Of a stretch of 64,000 bases of DNA, positions 27,887 through 38,085 are shown in pieces; positions within the stretch are counted from its first letter, which is position 1, and the number at the start of each line of letters is the position of its first letter. This DNA comes from Trueperaceae bacterium (lineage in GTDB: Bacteria > Deinococcota > Deinococci > Deinococcales > Trueperaceae): the NCBI GenBank assembly GCA_035703635.1, contig DASSXV010000075.1, positions 1-64,000 of the forward strand, in the 5' to 3' direction. A model generated the notes under the pieces. That model saw only the letters and a program-made list of their open reading frames with translations. It searched no databases and was not told where the DNA came from. The translations under genes and the position numbers were made by a program.

Positions 27887-30286
27887 TCACGGCGCCAGGT
27901 CCGGGAACCGGAAGTCCCAGCTCGAGGTCCCGCTGCCGCCGACGTCGGAGGTGAAAGCGGCACTTCCGGCCAGTAGGCTGCCGCCGGCCCCATCGCTGGC
28001 CACTTTGGGCGACGGGTTGCCGGTCTGGAACAGGGGCACGTTCTCGTCCTTCTTGCCGCCCATGCAGCCGTCGTCGGCGCCGGCGGCAACGTACACGTAA
28101 CCCGAGCCGTAGTAGGTGCCGTCCGGGGAGAGGACCAGCAGGCCGCTCACGTAGGTGCCCAAGTTGGGGTCGGTGTTCACGACCCGTAGGTTGTCGCCCG
28201 AGCTGGTTATCGAGCAGCCGGCCGTGTAGTCGGCTTGGTCCGTCCACGACACCGTTGCGCCGGTCAGGTTGAACTGTTGCGGGTTCTGCGGGTCCTGCAC
28301 CCAGGTGAGGCCAGCGCCCGTGGTGTGCACGTCCCAGGCGATGCCGTTGACGGTATCCGGCTGACTGTAGTCGTAGCTGGTGCCGCCCGTGCAGGCGGCC
28401 ATTGGTTCCAGCGACAAGCCCAGCCCTGCCACGCACACGCCGGCCAGGTTCACGATCACCGTGGAGTTGGCAGTCACCTCGAGCGGCACCTCGACCACCT
28501 TGGCGAGGAGGTCATCGACGACGAACGCCTGGAAGCGGTACTCGCCTCCTGCCAGTCCGGTGGTGTCCCACACGGTGTCGAAGTCGGATTGGTTGGAGGC
28601 GCTTAGGGGAATGGTGCGGAAGAGGGTGGGCTCGTCGGACCCCTGTGACATGTAGATCAGGACCTTGCCGACGTTGTAATGCCCCAAGTAGGTGAGGTGG
28701 TCGGCGTCGAGCGCCACGTGCAAGTGCACTTGGTCGCCTGGCACGGCGTTGGTAGCGGACGCCGTGAAGGTCCCTGACGGCGACTTCGAGATCGGGTAGG
28801 TCTCCTGGAACTGCGCCACCTGCGCGGAGACCCCGATGCCGAGCCACGACAGGAGCTTGTCTAGGTCAGCGCCTATCCCTACGCTGGCGACTAATGACAG
28901 GTCGTAGGCAGAAGCGTAGGCGCTGCTGTCTGCCTGCGCCTCTGCGCTCGCCAGATCGAAGCTCTGCTGCGCGCCGAGTTGCGCCTGCACCAGCTCGATG
29001 TCCGCTAGCCCAGCGATCTGTAACTCGACGCCGGAAGCCAGGCCCACGAAGCCGCTGGCCCCGACCCTGAAGCCGGCTGGCGTCACGAGGTCGAAAGTCA
29101 GGTCGGGTGAGCCCGGCTTCGGCGTGACGTCGTGGAGCAGCGTCAGGCCGCCCGCCTCGTCATAAGTGAAGCCGGCTTTGAGGTCGAGGCCGGAGCTGGC
29201 TTCGAGGTTGACGCTGAGCGCCGCCGCCGTGATCGAACCGGTAACGCTCGCCGCCACCCCTACGGGCACCACCGGCCGCGCGACGAGCGCCGCCACGCCC
29301 GCGATAGGGATAGGGATGCGGAAGAAGACCTTCTTGCACGTGTACGTGCCGGAGTAGCCGGCCTTGACGTTCAGGCCACCAGAGACCTTCTGGGTGAGGT
29401 TACCGTCCACGTAGAGTTCGGTCGGTCGCGGGTCGGTCCCACCATCCTGCAGGTGCAGGTGATAGCGCAGCCCGTTCTCGAGGGTGGTGTTGAGGCCCGA
29501 GATCGACACGTACGTCGCACGGCCCTCGCACTCGATGCCTAGCGCGGCCGGCTGGAGGGTGTTGGCGGGGCCGAATGTCGTCGTGCCCCCGCTGTGGCTG
29601 CGCACGACCAACTGGCCGGCAACGTCTTCTGCGGGCACGACGGGGGCGGCGGCTAGGTCGAAGTCGGCGTTTATCGACAGCCGTTCGAAGAGGTCTTGTG
29701 GAGGTAGCGGGGCGTAGATGATCTCGACGCCGCCGGCGGTGGGCGTTGCCGACACGACCCTACCGCCGATGCTCACCGCCTGGGAGCCGATGATGAGCGT
29801 GCCCGGCTCGAGGCTCGCCGCTCCTGACAGAACCACGCGTTGCTGGATGGGGTTCGCGGTGCCCTCCACCGGCGTGGGCGGCCCCTGCACCTGGTCGTCT
29901 GTGAGGAGCACAGCCCCCGTAGCGGGCTGCGCAACAATTACGAGCGCCGGAAAGGAGGCGACGCCACCCGCGGAGGCCGTAATGGTGGCGCTGCCGAGCG
30001 CGGCGTGCGTGGTCAGCTTGCCGTCCTGGTCAACCTCGACCACGCTAGGGTCGGAGGAGCTCCACGTGACGCCCTCGTCGAGTGGCGCCCCGGTGGAGTC
30101 CGTGACCGAAGCGACCAGGACCGCGGACTCGCCTGCCTTAGTGAAGAGCAGCGCCCCCGGCGCGATGACCACGCTGGCGGCCCGCTGCGGTGGCACGGCG
30201 CCGCCGCCTCCGCAACCGGATAGCAGGACCGACGCGATTACGAGCACCGTACTGCCGAGCCTCACGCATGCCTGCACCCTCGTCAT
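27887..30286 (-). CDS. Large lipoprotein with N-terminal bacterial Ig-like (Big_2) domain
   Basis: AGGAGG RBS before ATG 30286; lipobox LSGC; VTWSSSDPSVVEVDQDG...GSATITASAGG Big_2 pattern; 799 aa. Confidence 0.8.
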   Translation of the reverse strand: MTRVQACVRLGSTVLVIASVLLSGCGGGGAVPPQRAASVVIAPGALLFTKAGESAVLVASVTDSTGAPLDEGVTWSSSDPSVVEVDQDGKLTTHAALGSATITASAGGVASFPALVIVAQPATGAVLLTDDQVQGPPTPVEGTANPIQQRVVLSGAASLEPGTLIIGSQAVSIGGRVVSATPTAGGVEIIYAPLPPQDLFERLSINADFDLAAAPVVPAEDVAGQLVVRSHSGGTTTFGPANTLQPAALGIECEGRATYVSISGLNTTLENGLRYHLHLQDGGTDPRPTELYVDGNLTQKVSGGLNVKAGYSGTYTCKKVFFRIPIPIAGVAALVARPVVPVGVAASVTGSITAAALSVNLEASSGLDLKAGFTYDEAGGLTLLHDVTPKPGSPDLTFDLVTPAGFRVGASGFVGLASGVELQIAGLADIELVQAQLGAQQSFDLASAEAQADSSAYASAYDLSLVASVGIGADLDKLLSWLGIGVSAQVAQFQETYPISKSPSGTFTASATNAVPGDQVHLHVALDADHLTYLGHYNVGKVLIYMSQGSDEPTLFRTIPLSASNQSDFDTVWDTTGLAGGEYRFQAFVVDDLLAKVVEVPLEVTANSTVIVNLAGVCVAGLGLSLEPMAACTGGTSYDYSQPDTVNGIAWDVHTTGAGLTWVQDPQNPQQFNLTGATVSWTDQADYTAGCSITSSGDNLRVVNTDPNLGTYVSGLLVLSPDGTYYGSGYVYVAAGADDGCMGGKKDENVPLFQTGNPSPKVASDGAGGSLLAGSAAFTSDVGGSGTSSWDFRFPDLAP

Positions 30287-30505
30287 CTGCCTGCCTCCTG
30301 GGCCCCGCCCCTTGGACGTTGCGTCTGGCGTGTTTAGGAAAAACAGGGCATTACAGCATGGCTGAGGAGAGTGCGCCGTGATGGGGTTCAAGCGGAAATG
30401 ACAGGGCCACCGGTCTGCTGCGCCCCAACCTGAGCAGGTTCGCGGAGGCGGGTCGTGAGGCGAACGCAGCGCTCCCCTCACGACTCGGATGAGTTGCCCC
30501 TGCCG

Positions 30506-31552
30506 CTACTGCCAGACCGTCTCGAACACGCGCATGAAGTTGCCGCCTAGGACCTTCTGCGTGGCCTCCACGCTGAACCCACGGCGCAGGAGCGAGGCCG
30601 TCAGGTTCGGCCACTCTGACCACTTGGAGAAACCCTTGGCGTGTTTCTGGTCTTCGGGGTAGCCGCCGAAGAACCCCGGGAATGTGCGCTCGAAGCCGGC
30701 GCGGCTGACGCGCACGTAGTGGGTGTCGTATTGGAAGTTGTCTGTTCCGATGGCAGCATGGTCTATTCCAACTAGGTCAACGACGTACTGGATGTGGTCG
30801 ATGTAATCGTCAACAGTGGGCCACTGCTTGCGCTGCTTCTCGATCATGATGGAGTGGGGACAGAGGCCGATGACGCCGCCCGTTGTGGCTACGGCCTCTA
30901 TGAGCTCGTCACTTAGGTTGCGTACGTGGGGGTTGAGCTTCTTCACCCCGGCGTGCGAGACGATTACGGGCGCCTTTGAGTGCCTGGCGGCTTCGAGCGC
31001 GGTGCGTTGACCGACGTGCGAGAGGTCGACGACCACTCCCAGGCGGTTCATCTCCTCAACCACCTTCTGCCCAACGCGCGTGAGTCCGGTGTCGTTCGGC
31101 TCCATGCAGCCGCAGCCGATGGCGTTGCGCTCGTTGTAGGTGATCTGCATGATCTTGACGTCGAGGTTCTTCAACACCCAAAGGTTGCGTGTGTCCTCAC
31201 CGATGCAAGCCAGCCCCTGCGTCGAGAGGATTATCCCCACCCTGCCGCTGCGCTTGGCTTCGTAGATGTCAGAGGCGCGCCGCACGACCAGCGCCTTCTC
31301 GGGGAACGCCTCCGCGATCGCGTGCTCCTGGTAAAGGTTCATCATGGCCTCTGGCATCGACTGGGGGTAGGCGTCAGCGACGATGGAGTCACAGAACGCG
31401 GTCACTCCGCTGGCTAGGATGTGGTCGAACATCAGGTCGTCGATGCCGCCTTGCGGAGGGATCGGCGAGTACAGCTTGCAGAACAGGCCGTCGATGATGA
31501 CGGCGTCGGCGTGCACGTTGTCGGGCGCAACTGGATCAGTGATCTGGCTCAT
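30506..31552 (-). CDS. Membrane dipeptidase (peptidase M19)-like amidohydrolase with non-canonical metal site
   Basis: QITYNERN, VDLSHVG, VSHAG, RNLSDE, IGTD, GGNFMRV; IDGL replaces DxHxD and STQG replaces the bridging Glu. Confidence 0.85.
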   Translation of the reverse strand: MSQITDPVAPDNVHADAVIIDGLFCKLYSPIPPQGGIDDLMFDHILASGVTAFCDSIVADAYPQSMPEAMMNLYQEHAIAEAFPEKALVVRRASDIYEAKRSGRVGIILSTQGLACIGEDTRNLWVLKNLDVKIMQITYNERNAIGCGCMEPNDTGLTRVGQKVVEEMNRLGVVVDLSHVGQRTALEAARHSKAPVIVSHAGVKKLNPHVRNLSDELIEAVATTGGVIGLCPHSIMIEKQRKQWPTVDDYIDHIQYVVDLVGIDHAAIGTDNFQYDTHYVRVSRAGFERTFPGFFGGYPEDQKHAKGFSKWSEWPNLTASLLRRGFSVEATQKVLGGNFMRVFETVWQ

Positions 31553-31577
31553 TACGGGTCTGCCTCCTTGGTCGGAG

Positions 31578-32303
31578 CTAGCTATCGTTCTCTGCGTCCA
31601 CCTGAGCCAACCTCGCGACCAGGCGCACCTCGCCGTGTTCCAACGTTTCGGTGATGGTGCGTCTGACCTTGGCGGGGTCGCGCTCGCGGAGGGCGTCGAG
31701 CAGCACCCTGTGGCGGGCGTCGCTGTAACGGATGTTCTGGGGGGTGAACGGGATGCGCTGCCTTACCTCGAGCAGCACCTCGAACGTCACTTCCCACAGG
31801 CGGGTCATCACAGGGTTGCCTGCCAGTTCGCTTAGGGTGCGGTGAAACTGCCTGTCTAGGCGGACGTGCTGCTGGATGTCGGTGTCCGGGGTCTTCTCCA
31901 TGTCGCGGCAGTACTGCTCCAGCTCCTCGAGATCTTCCTCCGTCAGGTTCCGGGCAGCCAGCTCTCCCAGTTCTGCCTCGAGCAAGCGGCGCGCCTGGTA
32001 TAGGTGCCGGATCTCCAGCTCGCGCAGGAGCATGTCGACGTAGAGGGCTTTGGTCAGCGCCGGCATGCTCATCCCCTCGCTGACGAAGGAGCCTTCGCTG
32101 CGACGCGTGATGAAGCCGAGGGTCTCGAGCGCCTTAAGAGCCTCGCGGACCGATGAGCGTCCAACGCCGAGCTGTTGACTCAGGCCGTGCTCGGTGGGCA
32201 AGCGGTCACCGGGCTTGAGGGTGCCCGTGCTGATCAGCTCCATGACCTGATCGATGACGGTGTCGGAAACGCTGGACCTGTCTACCCGGGTGAATACGGA
32301 CAT
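31578..32303 (-). CDS. GntR-family regulator, FadR subfamily (FCD domain)
   Basis: PGDRLPTE...LGVGRSSVREAL wHTH; RRLLE, DRQFH, AGNP. Confidence 0.92.
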   Translation of the reverse strand: MSVFTRVDRSSVSDTVIDQVMELISTGTLKPGDRLPTEHGLSQQLGVGRSSVREALKALETLGFITRRSEGSFVSEGMSMPALTKALYVDMLLRELEIRHLYQARRLLEAELGELAARNLTEEDLEELEQYCRDMEKTPDTDIQQHVRLDRQFHRTLSELAGNPVMTRLWEVTFEVLLEVRQRIPFTPQNIRYSDARHRVLLDALRERDPAKVRRTITETLEHGEVRLVARLAQVDAENDS

Positions 32304-32367
32304 TCCACATTCTGCAGCAAGCTGCAGTCTCCTCTCCGTAGCTGCGGTCGCCCAAGGACGCGCCGTA

Positions 32368-32421
32368 TTGACAGCCACATAGCATGGCCATATTATCCTA
32401 TCTACAGATTGTCTGACAATC
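32368..32421 (+). promoter_or_regulatory. Sigma70 promoter TTGACA-17-TATTAT followed by FadR-type palindrome GATTGTCTGACAATC
   Basis: -35 at 32368-32373, -10 at 32391-32396, 7-1-7 perfect palindrome at 32407-32421 between the divergent regulator and operon. Confidence 0.85.
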
Positions 32422-32487
32422 AGTCAATCGCACGGCCCTCGGGTTCCCGACGATGGAGCCCGACCGCCACCATAGGAGCGAGACAAC

Positions 32488-33552
32488 GTGTACCAGGCGT
32501 TCGATTTCGGACTGGACGAGGCGCAGGAGCAGCGCGCGGTGGCGCTGCACTCCGAGGCCTTCCTTATCGACGGTCTCGGTGGATCCATGCTCATGCGCCC
32601 GGTGCCAGACGTTGACGGCGCAGACAGGATCGACCAGTACCGGCACAACGGGGTGAGCGTCAGCGTCGAGACCATCGCAATGCCAGGCGAGGACGCCACG
32701 GCGACCATCCGCCGCGTCTTCGACTACCTTTGCCTCGACGAAGTGGCTGCCGGCAGGGCACGGCGGGCCAAAAGCATCGCCGATCTCTTGCGGCATCACG
32801 CCGACAGCGTCCTGAGTCTGGTGTATGGGCTACAGGCGGCCGACCCGTTCGAAGGCTCTACCTACTTGGTGAAGGTGTTCCACGAGTTGGGGGTGCGCGT
32901 CGCCAACCTCGTCTACAACCAGCGCAACCGCCTGGGTGACGGCTGCCTCGAGAACGCCAATCAGGGCCTGACCGCGTTCGGCCGCAGCGTGGTCCTTGAG
33001 ATGAACCGCGTAGGCATGACCGTCGACCTCTCCCACACGGGCGAGCGGACCTCGCTTGACGCGGCCGCCTGCTCCCGAGCTCCAGTGGTGTTCTCGCATT
33101 CCTGCGCCAAGGCTTTGACCGACCACCCACGCAACCTGACGGACGAACAGATCCGCGCCGCCGCGTCCACGGGCGGCCTCATCGGCCTGTGCCCCCACTC
33201 GCAGTTCTGTGAAAGTCGAAGCGGCGTACGCCCAACGCTTGAAGACTTCCTTGATCACATCGTCTACGTGGTCGACCTAGTCGGGGTGGACCACGTTGGC
33301 ATCGGCACCGACCTGTTCGGAGGCAAGACCTTGGGTGAGTCAGTGTTCCGCTTCGAGTTCGGGAGTCAAGTGCCCGGGGCCTGGGGCGGTTACGGCATCG
33401 ACGAGAAGTACGTAGCGGGGTTCGACAACGTCTACCACTGGCACAACGTCGCGCGCGGCCTCGTGGCGCGCGGCTTCGGTGACGAGGAAGCCCTCGCCAT
33501 ACTGGGCGGCAACTGGCTGAGGGTCTTCGACAAGAGTTGGAGTGCAACATGA
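32488..33552 (+). CDS. Membrane dipeptidase (peptidase M19)-like amidohydrolase with non-canonical metal site
   Basis: LVYNQRN, VDLSHTG, FSHS, RNLTDE, IGTD, GGNWLRV; IDGL and GLQA substitutions; AGGAG RBS. Confidence 0.85.
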   Translation: MYQAFDFGLDEAQEQRAVALHSEAFLIDGLGGSMLMRPVPDVDGADRIDQYRHNGVSVSVETIAMPGEDATATIRRVFDYLCLDEVAAGRARRAKSIADLLRHHADSVLSLVYGLQAADPFEGSTYLVKVFHELGVRVANLVYNQRNRLGDGCLENANQGLTAFGRSVVLEMNRVGMTVDLSHTGERTSLDAAACSRAPVVFSHSCAKALTDHPRNLTDEQIRAAASTGGLIGLCPHSQFCESRSGVRPTLEDFLDHIVYVVDLVGVDHVGIGTDLFGGKTLGESVFRFEFGSQVPGAWGGYGIDEKYVAGFDNVYHWHNVARGLVARGFGDEEALAILGGNWLRVFDKSWSAT

Positions 33553-34535
33553 GCAGCTTCCGTCTCCAAGGGTTGGAAGTCGCACGCGGTGACAGGGGCA
33601 GAACGCGTTTGCCCGTCGCCGACCTTGCGGGCGGCTACAACCTAAGCGTGCCCCTCCACGTTGTGCACGGCGCGAAGGACGGTCCGACACTGCTGGTCGT
33701 TGGCGTGGTGCACGGCGAGGAGATCTTCGCCGTCGACGCCATCAGGCTGGCACTGGCGAAGATCGACGCCTCGCGCCTCGCGGGGACGATCATGGCCGTG
33801 CCCGTGGCCAACCCACCCGCGTTCGCGGCCCAAACGCGCAACATGCCGCTCGACATGCTCGACCTCAACCGCCAGTTCCCCGGCAGTTCGAACGGCTGGC
33901 TGAGCGAGCGCATCGCCGCCACCATCAGCCCACTCATAGACCGCAGCGACTGCCTCATACATATAGATGGGGGCAGCCTCGAGCGGGTAATCCATTACGT
34001 GTTCGTCAAGTCAGACGGTTCACCTAACGACGAAACTGAACGGCTTTCCCGCGCCTTCGGCCTCAAACTCCTCTACCGTGGAGCCCATTCGCACGGATCC
34101 ATCACCAGCTACGCCGCGGGTCGCGGTATCCCGGCTGTGCTGGCTGAAATCGGCGGCAGCACCCTCTACGCGGATCCGCGCTACTTGCAGAGCGCCGCCG
34201 GTGGGGTGATCAACGTCATGCGCGCGCTCCACATGCTCGACGAAGCCCCTGAGGCTACCAGCGGGCAACTGCTCCTTACCAAGCGAACCCTGGTGCGCGT
34301 ACCCGTTGGCGGGATCCTCCACCCCGCCGTCGGCCTCGAGGCGATAGACCGCGAACTGGCGGCGGACACGCTGCTCGGCACCGTCATCGATCCATACACA
34401 TTGGAAGAAGTTGGAGCCATCCGGACCCCCTACCCCAGATCGGTGCTGCTTCAGATGCGGGTTCTGCCCTCAGCGGTGCAACCCGGGGACTACGCCTTCA
34501 TCATCGCCGACCTGGCTTCTGCAGAACCACAGTGA
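33549..34535 (+). CDS. Succinylglutamate desuccinylase/aspartoacylase (AstE/AspA, M14-like) family protein
   Basis: VHGEE, VPVANP, DLNRQFPG, AEIGG; ATGA overlap; IHIDGG instead of the usual DLH. Confidence 0.88.
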   Translation: MSSFRLQGLEVARGDRGRTRLPVADLAGGYNLSVPLHVVHGAKDGPTLLVVGVVHGEEIFAVDAIRLALAKIDASRLAGTIMAVPVANPPAFAAQTRNMPLDMLDLNRQFPGSSNGWLSERIAATISPLIDRSDCLIHIDGGSLERVIHYVFVKSDGSPNDETERLSRAFGLKLLYRGAHSHGSITSYAAGRGIPAVLAEIGGSTLYADPRYLQSAAGGVINVMRALHMLDEAPEATSGQLLLTKRTLVRVPVGGILHPAVGLEAIDRELAADTLLGTVIDPYTLEEVGAIRTPYPRSVLLQMRVLPSAVQPGDYAFIIADLASAEPQ

Positions 34536-34659
34536 CTTCGAGCACGCGAGCTGGCGCGCACTTCGCCAGCAGACGGAAGGAGGAGCGCCCGCCCTAATTA
34601 GTCGACTTCGTTAGCACGCCGGGGGGCAACACGCTAGACGTTACTCGGAGGCACCGCAA

Positions 34660-36189
34660 ATGCGACGAAATAGCTTCATCCTCACGCTCCTGGCAACCCT
34701 CCTGCTACTGGGCTCGGTCGCCCACGCGCAGGGAACCGAACCGACAACGGTGACGATCGCCCTCACCGACGACCCGCCATCCGGCGACCCACACAAGACG
34801 AGGGGAGCGAACGGCGGCCACCTGCTTTTCAACCTGTTCGACGGCCTCGTGGCGCTTAGCGGCGACATGACGACGATCATGCCGGCGCTCGCCACATCGT
34901 GGGAGCAGGTAGACGACCTGACCTGGAGCTTCACACTTCGTGAGGGCGTGAAGTTCCATAACGGGGAGCCGTTCACCGCCGCGGCGGTGCAGTACTCCAT
35001 CACCCGCATCCTCGACCCTAACGCAGTGCGTTTCAACACTGACTACAAGCAGATAGGCGAAGTTGACGTGGTTGACGACTACCACGTCATCATCCACACC
35101 AAGGTTCCCGACCCGAACTTCATCGCCAAGATGGCCGGCTTGCACATCGTGCCTCCCGTCTACACCGCCTCAGTGAGCGAGGAAGAGTTCGGCTCTCACC
35201 CCATCGGCACGGGTCCATACCACCTAGTCGAGTGGACCCTCGGGCAGCGCCTCGTCCTCGAAGCCAACGACGACTACTGGAACGGCCGTCCGACCGTCGA
35301 TCGCCTGGTCTTCCGCCCCATCCCCGAAGCTTCGACGCGCCTGGCGGAGCTGCAGGCCGGCACCGTCGATCTCATCGTCGGCCTCAACTACGACGCCATC
35401 CCGCTGCTCGACGCCGATCCCAACCTGCGGGTGGAGGCAAACACCGGCCGCCGCACCGTGATCATGCACATGGACCTGCTCAACGGCGCCAAGCCACTCC
35501 AAGACGTGCGCGTGAGGCAGGCCATGAGCTACGCCATCGACCGGCAGCTGCTCATCGACTCGGTCCTCAACGGTTACGGCACGCCACTGGCCACCATCTT
35601 CCGGCCCGACATGGCAGGCTACTCGGCAGACTTCCAGCCGTACCCATACGACCCGGAGCGCGCCCGCGAGCTACTTGCGGAAGCTGGTTACCCGGACGGC
35701 TTCTCCATCCGTTTCATGACGAGCGACGGCATCGTGACCAAGGGCGTTGAGGTCGCTGAGGCGCTCGGCGCCATGCTGGGCGACGTCGGCATCAAGGTCG
35801 ACGTGCTTCCCGTAGCTCTCCAAGTGATGCGCGACATGTACATCGGCAACCCCGAGCCGGCCAGCGGCAAAGTGGAACCGCTGTTCATGTTCAACTACGG
35901 CGCTCCCACGCCGGACGCTACGAGTCCGCTCAAGGCGCTCGTGCAGACTGGCGGCATCGAGGCGTTCTACAACGACCCCACCATGAACGCGCTGATCGAC
36001 GAGTACGCCTCCGAAATGAACCCCACCACGCGCGCAAGCGTCGCGCACGACATCCAGGAGAAGCTCTACAACGACCTTCCGATCATCGCGCTCTACCTCC
36101 AGCTCGACACGTACGGGGTAAGCGAACGCCTCAACTGGACCGCCCGCAAGGACGAGTACGTCCTCGGCAAGGACATAAGCATCCGCTAG
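34660..36189 (+). CDS. Peptide/nickel ABC transporter substrate-binding protein (SBP_bac_5)
   Basis: Signal peptide ending AHAQ; PALATSW, LREGVKFHNG, IGTGPY, DVRVRQA. Confidence 0.93.
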   Translation: MRRNSFILTLLATLLLLGSVAHAQGTEPTTVTIALTDDPPSGDPHKTRGANGGHLLFNLFDGLVALSGDMTTIMPALATSWEQVDDLTWSFTLREGVKFHNGEPFTAAAVQYSITRILDPNAVRFNTDYKQIGEVDVVDDYHVIIHTKVPDPNFIAKMAGLHIVPPVYTASVSEEEFGSHPIGTGPYHLVEWTLGQRLVLEANDDYWNGRPTVDRLVFRPIPEASTRLAELQAGTVDLIVGLNYDAIPLLDADPNLRVEANTGRRTVIMHMDLLNGAKPLQDVRVRQAMSYAIDRQLLIDSVLNGYGTPLATIFRPDMAGYSADFQPYPYDPERARELLAEAGYPDGFSIRFMTSDGIVTKGVEVAEALGAMLGDVGIKVDVLPVALQVMRDMYIGNPEPASGKVEPLFMFNYGAPTPDATSPLKALVQTGGIEAFYNDPTMNALIDEYASEMNPTTRASVAHDIQEKLYNDLPIIALYLQLDTYGVSERLNWTARKDEYVLGKDISIR

Positions 36190-36202
36190 TCGCCGACGCT
36201 CT

Positions 36203-36232
36203 CGTTACCCCGGGCCTTCGTCCGGGGTAACG
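36203..36232 (+). terminator. Stem-loop after SBP gene (mRNA stabiliser or partial terminator)
   Basis: CGTTACCCCGG...CCGGGGTAACG, 11-bp perfect inverted repeat. Confidence 0.65.
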
Positions 36233-36268
36233 GGTCTTCGTCGCTAGCGGAGCGGATCGCGAGGAGAG

Positions 36269-37186
36269 ATGGGTCGCTACGTAGTCAGCCGTTCGTTGCA
36301 GGCCGTGTTCGTGATCCTGGCGGTGCTGGTGGTCACGTTCATCATCGTGCGTGCCGTTGGCGACCCGTCGAGGTTGCTGGTGAGCCCGGAAGGTTCTCGC
36401 GAGAACCTCGCGCAGATACGCCACGTCCTTGGGCTCGACGCCCCACTGCAAGTTCAGTTCGTGAGGTTCGTCGGCGACGTCGTCAGAGGCGATTTCGGCA
36501 AGTCGTTCACGTTCGGTAGGCCCGCCTTGCAACTCGTACTTGAACGCGTGCCCGCCACCCTGCTACTCGCCCTTACCGCTCTCGCCCTCGCGGTGCCTAC
36601 CGGCATACTGCTCGGGATGGTGTCCGCCGTGAAACGGAACACCATCTACGACAACCTGGCGACCACCCTGGCCGTGTTGGGGCGCGCCGTGCCCAACTTC
36701 TGGCTCTCCATCATGCTCATCGTCGTGTTCGGCGCATACCTTAAGTGGTTACCGCCATCCGGCTACGGCACCCCACTTCACATCATCATGCCGTCCGTGG
36801 CGCTCAGCGCAGGCTTGGCTGCCATAGTCGCAAGGCTGACGCGGTCCAGCCTCCTGGAAGTCATGAGTCAGGACTTCGTGCGCACGGCCAGAGCCAAGGG
36901 CCTTAGCGAGTCGCGCGTCCTCACCCGCCACGTGCTACGCAATGCCCTCATCCCCATAGCCACTGTCGTTGGCCTGCAGGCTGGTCACCTCCTGGGAGGC
37001 GCCATCATCACTGAGACGATCTTCGCATGGCCCGGCGTTGGCAGACTCCTCACCCAGTCGATCTACAACTACGACTACCCCGTGGTGCAAACGAGCGTCT
37101 TCATCATCTCCGTCACCTTCGTGTTCCTCAACCTGGCCATCGACCTCCTCTACGCCCTGATCGACCCGCGCATCCGCTATGACTGA
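36269..37186 (+). CDS. Peptide ABC transporter permease (DppB-like)
   Basis: GDFGKS, PNFWL, RTARAKGL, RNALIP, ETIFAWPGVG, DPRIRY. Confidence 0.95.
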   Translation: MGRYVVSRSLQAVFVILAVLVVTFIIVRAVGDPSRLLVSPEGSRENLAQIRHVLGLDAPLQVQFVRFVGDVVRGDFGKSFTFGRPALQLVLERVPATLLLALTALALAVPTGILLGMVSAVKRNTIYDNLATTLAVLGRAVPNFWLSIMLIVVFGAYLKWLPPSGYGTPLHIIMPSVALSAGLAAIVARLTRSSLLEVMSQDFVRTARAKGLSESRVLTRHVLRNALIPIATVVGLQAGHLLGGAIITETIFAWPGVGRLLTQSIYNYDYPVVQTSVFIISVTFVFLNLAIDLLYALIDPRIRYD

Positions 37187-38048
37187 CACCGCGACCAAGA
37201 AGCGCGCGAAGACCGGCCTACGCGGCTTGCTCAACAGCCGCACCGCCACTGCAGGAGCCGTCATACTCATCTGCCTCGTGGTGTTGGCGGCCTTCGCTCC
37301 CCTAATCGCCCCACACGACCCCGCCAAGCAGGACCTGCGCGCGCGACTCGCGCCGCCTGCTTGGGTCGCCAAGGGCAGCATCACGCACCTGCTGGGCACG
37401 GACCAACTCGGCCGGGACATCCTCTCCAGAGTGATCTACGGCACGCGGATCTCGCTGCTCGTGGGGGTATCCGTCGTCCTGCTCGCAAGTACGGTCGGCA
37501 CGCTGCTCGGGTTGTTGGCTGGCTTCCTAGGAGGCCGGGTAGACGCGCTGCTCATGCGCATCGTCGACGTCTTCCTTGCCTTCCCGTTCCTGTTGCTTGC
37601 CATCGTCATCATGGCCATGCTCGGGGCCAGCCTCACCAACATCATCCTGGTGCTGGCGATCACGGGTTGGGTCGACTACGCCAGGGTAGTCAGGTCGCAA
37701 GTGCTATCCGTCCGGGAACTCGAGTACATCACGGCGGCCAAGGCGCTGGGTGCCCGCAACCCCGTCATCATGCTCAAGCACATCCTTCCCAACGTCGTTG
37801 CCTCCGTAATCGTGATCGGCAGCCTGCAGTTGGGTTCGGTCATCATCGCCGAGGCGTCACTGACGTTCCTCGGCCTCGGCATCCCGCCGTCCATCCCGAC
37901 CTGGGGCTCCATGCTCGCTTCAGGTCGCGAGTACTTCGTCCTTGCCTGGTGGCTTCCTACGTTCCCGGGTATCGCCATCGTCCTGACGGTGCTGTCAGTC
38001 AACTTCCTCGGCGACTGGCTGCGTGACGTGTTCGACCCCACCCTGTGA
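37179..38048 (+). CDS. Peptide ABC transporter permease (DppC-like)
   Basis: LGTDQLGRD, YITAAKALGA, HILPN, EASLTFLGLG, GDWLRD. Confidence 0.95.
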   Translation: MTDTATKKRAKTGLRGLLNSRTATAGAVILICLVVLAAFAPLIAPHDPAKQDLRARLAPPAWVAKGSITHLLGTDQLGRDILSRVIYGTRISLLVGVSVVLLASTVGTLLGLLAGFLGGRVDALLMRIVDVFLAFPFLLLAIVIMAMLGASLTNIILVLAITGWVDYARVVRSQVLSVRELEYITAAKALGARNPVIMLKHILPNVVASVIVIGSLQLGSVIIAEASLTFLGLGIPPSIPTWGSMLASGREYFVLAWWLPTFPGIAIVLTVLSVNFLGDWLRDVFDPTL

Positions 38049-38085
38049 AGCACAAGACTCGCTCCTCACCCTCAAAGGAGTACGC

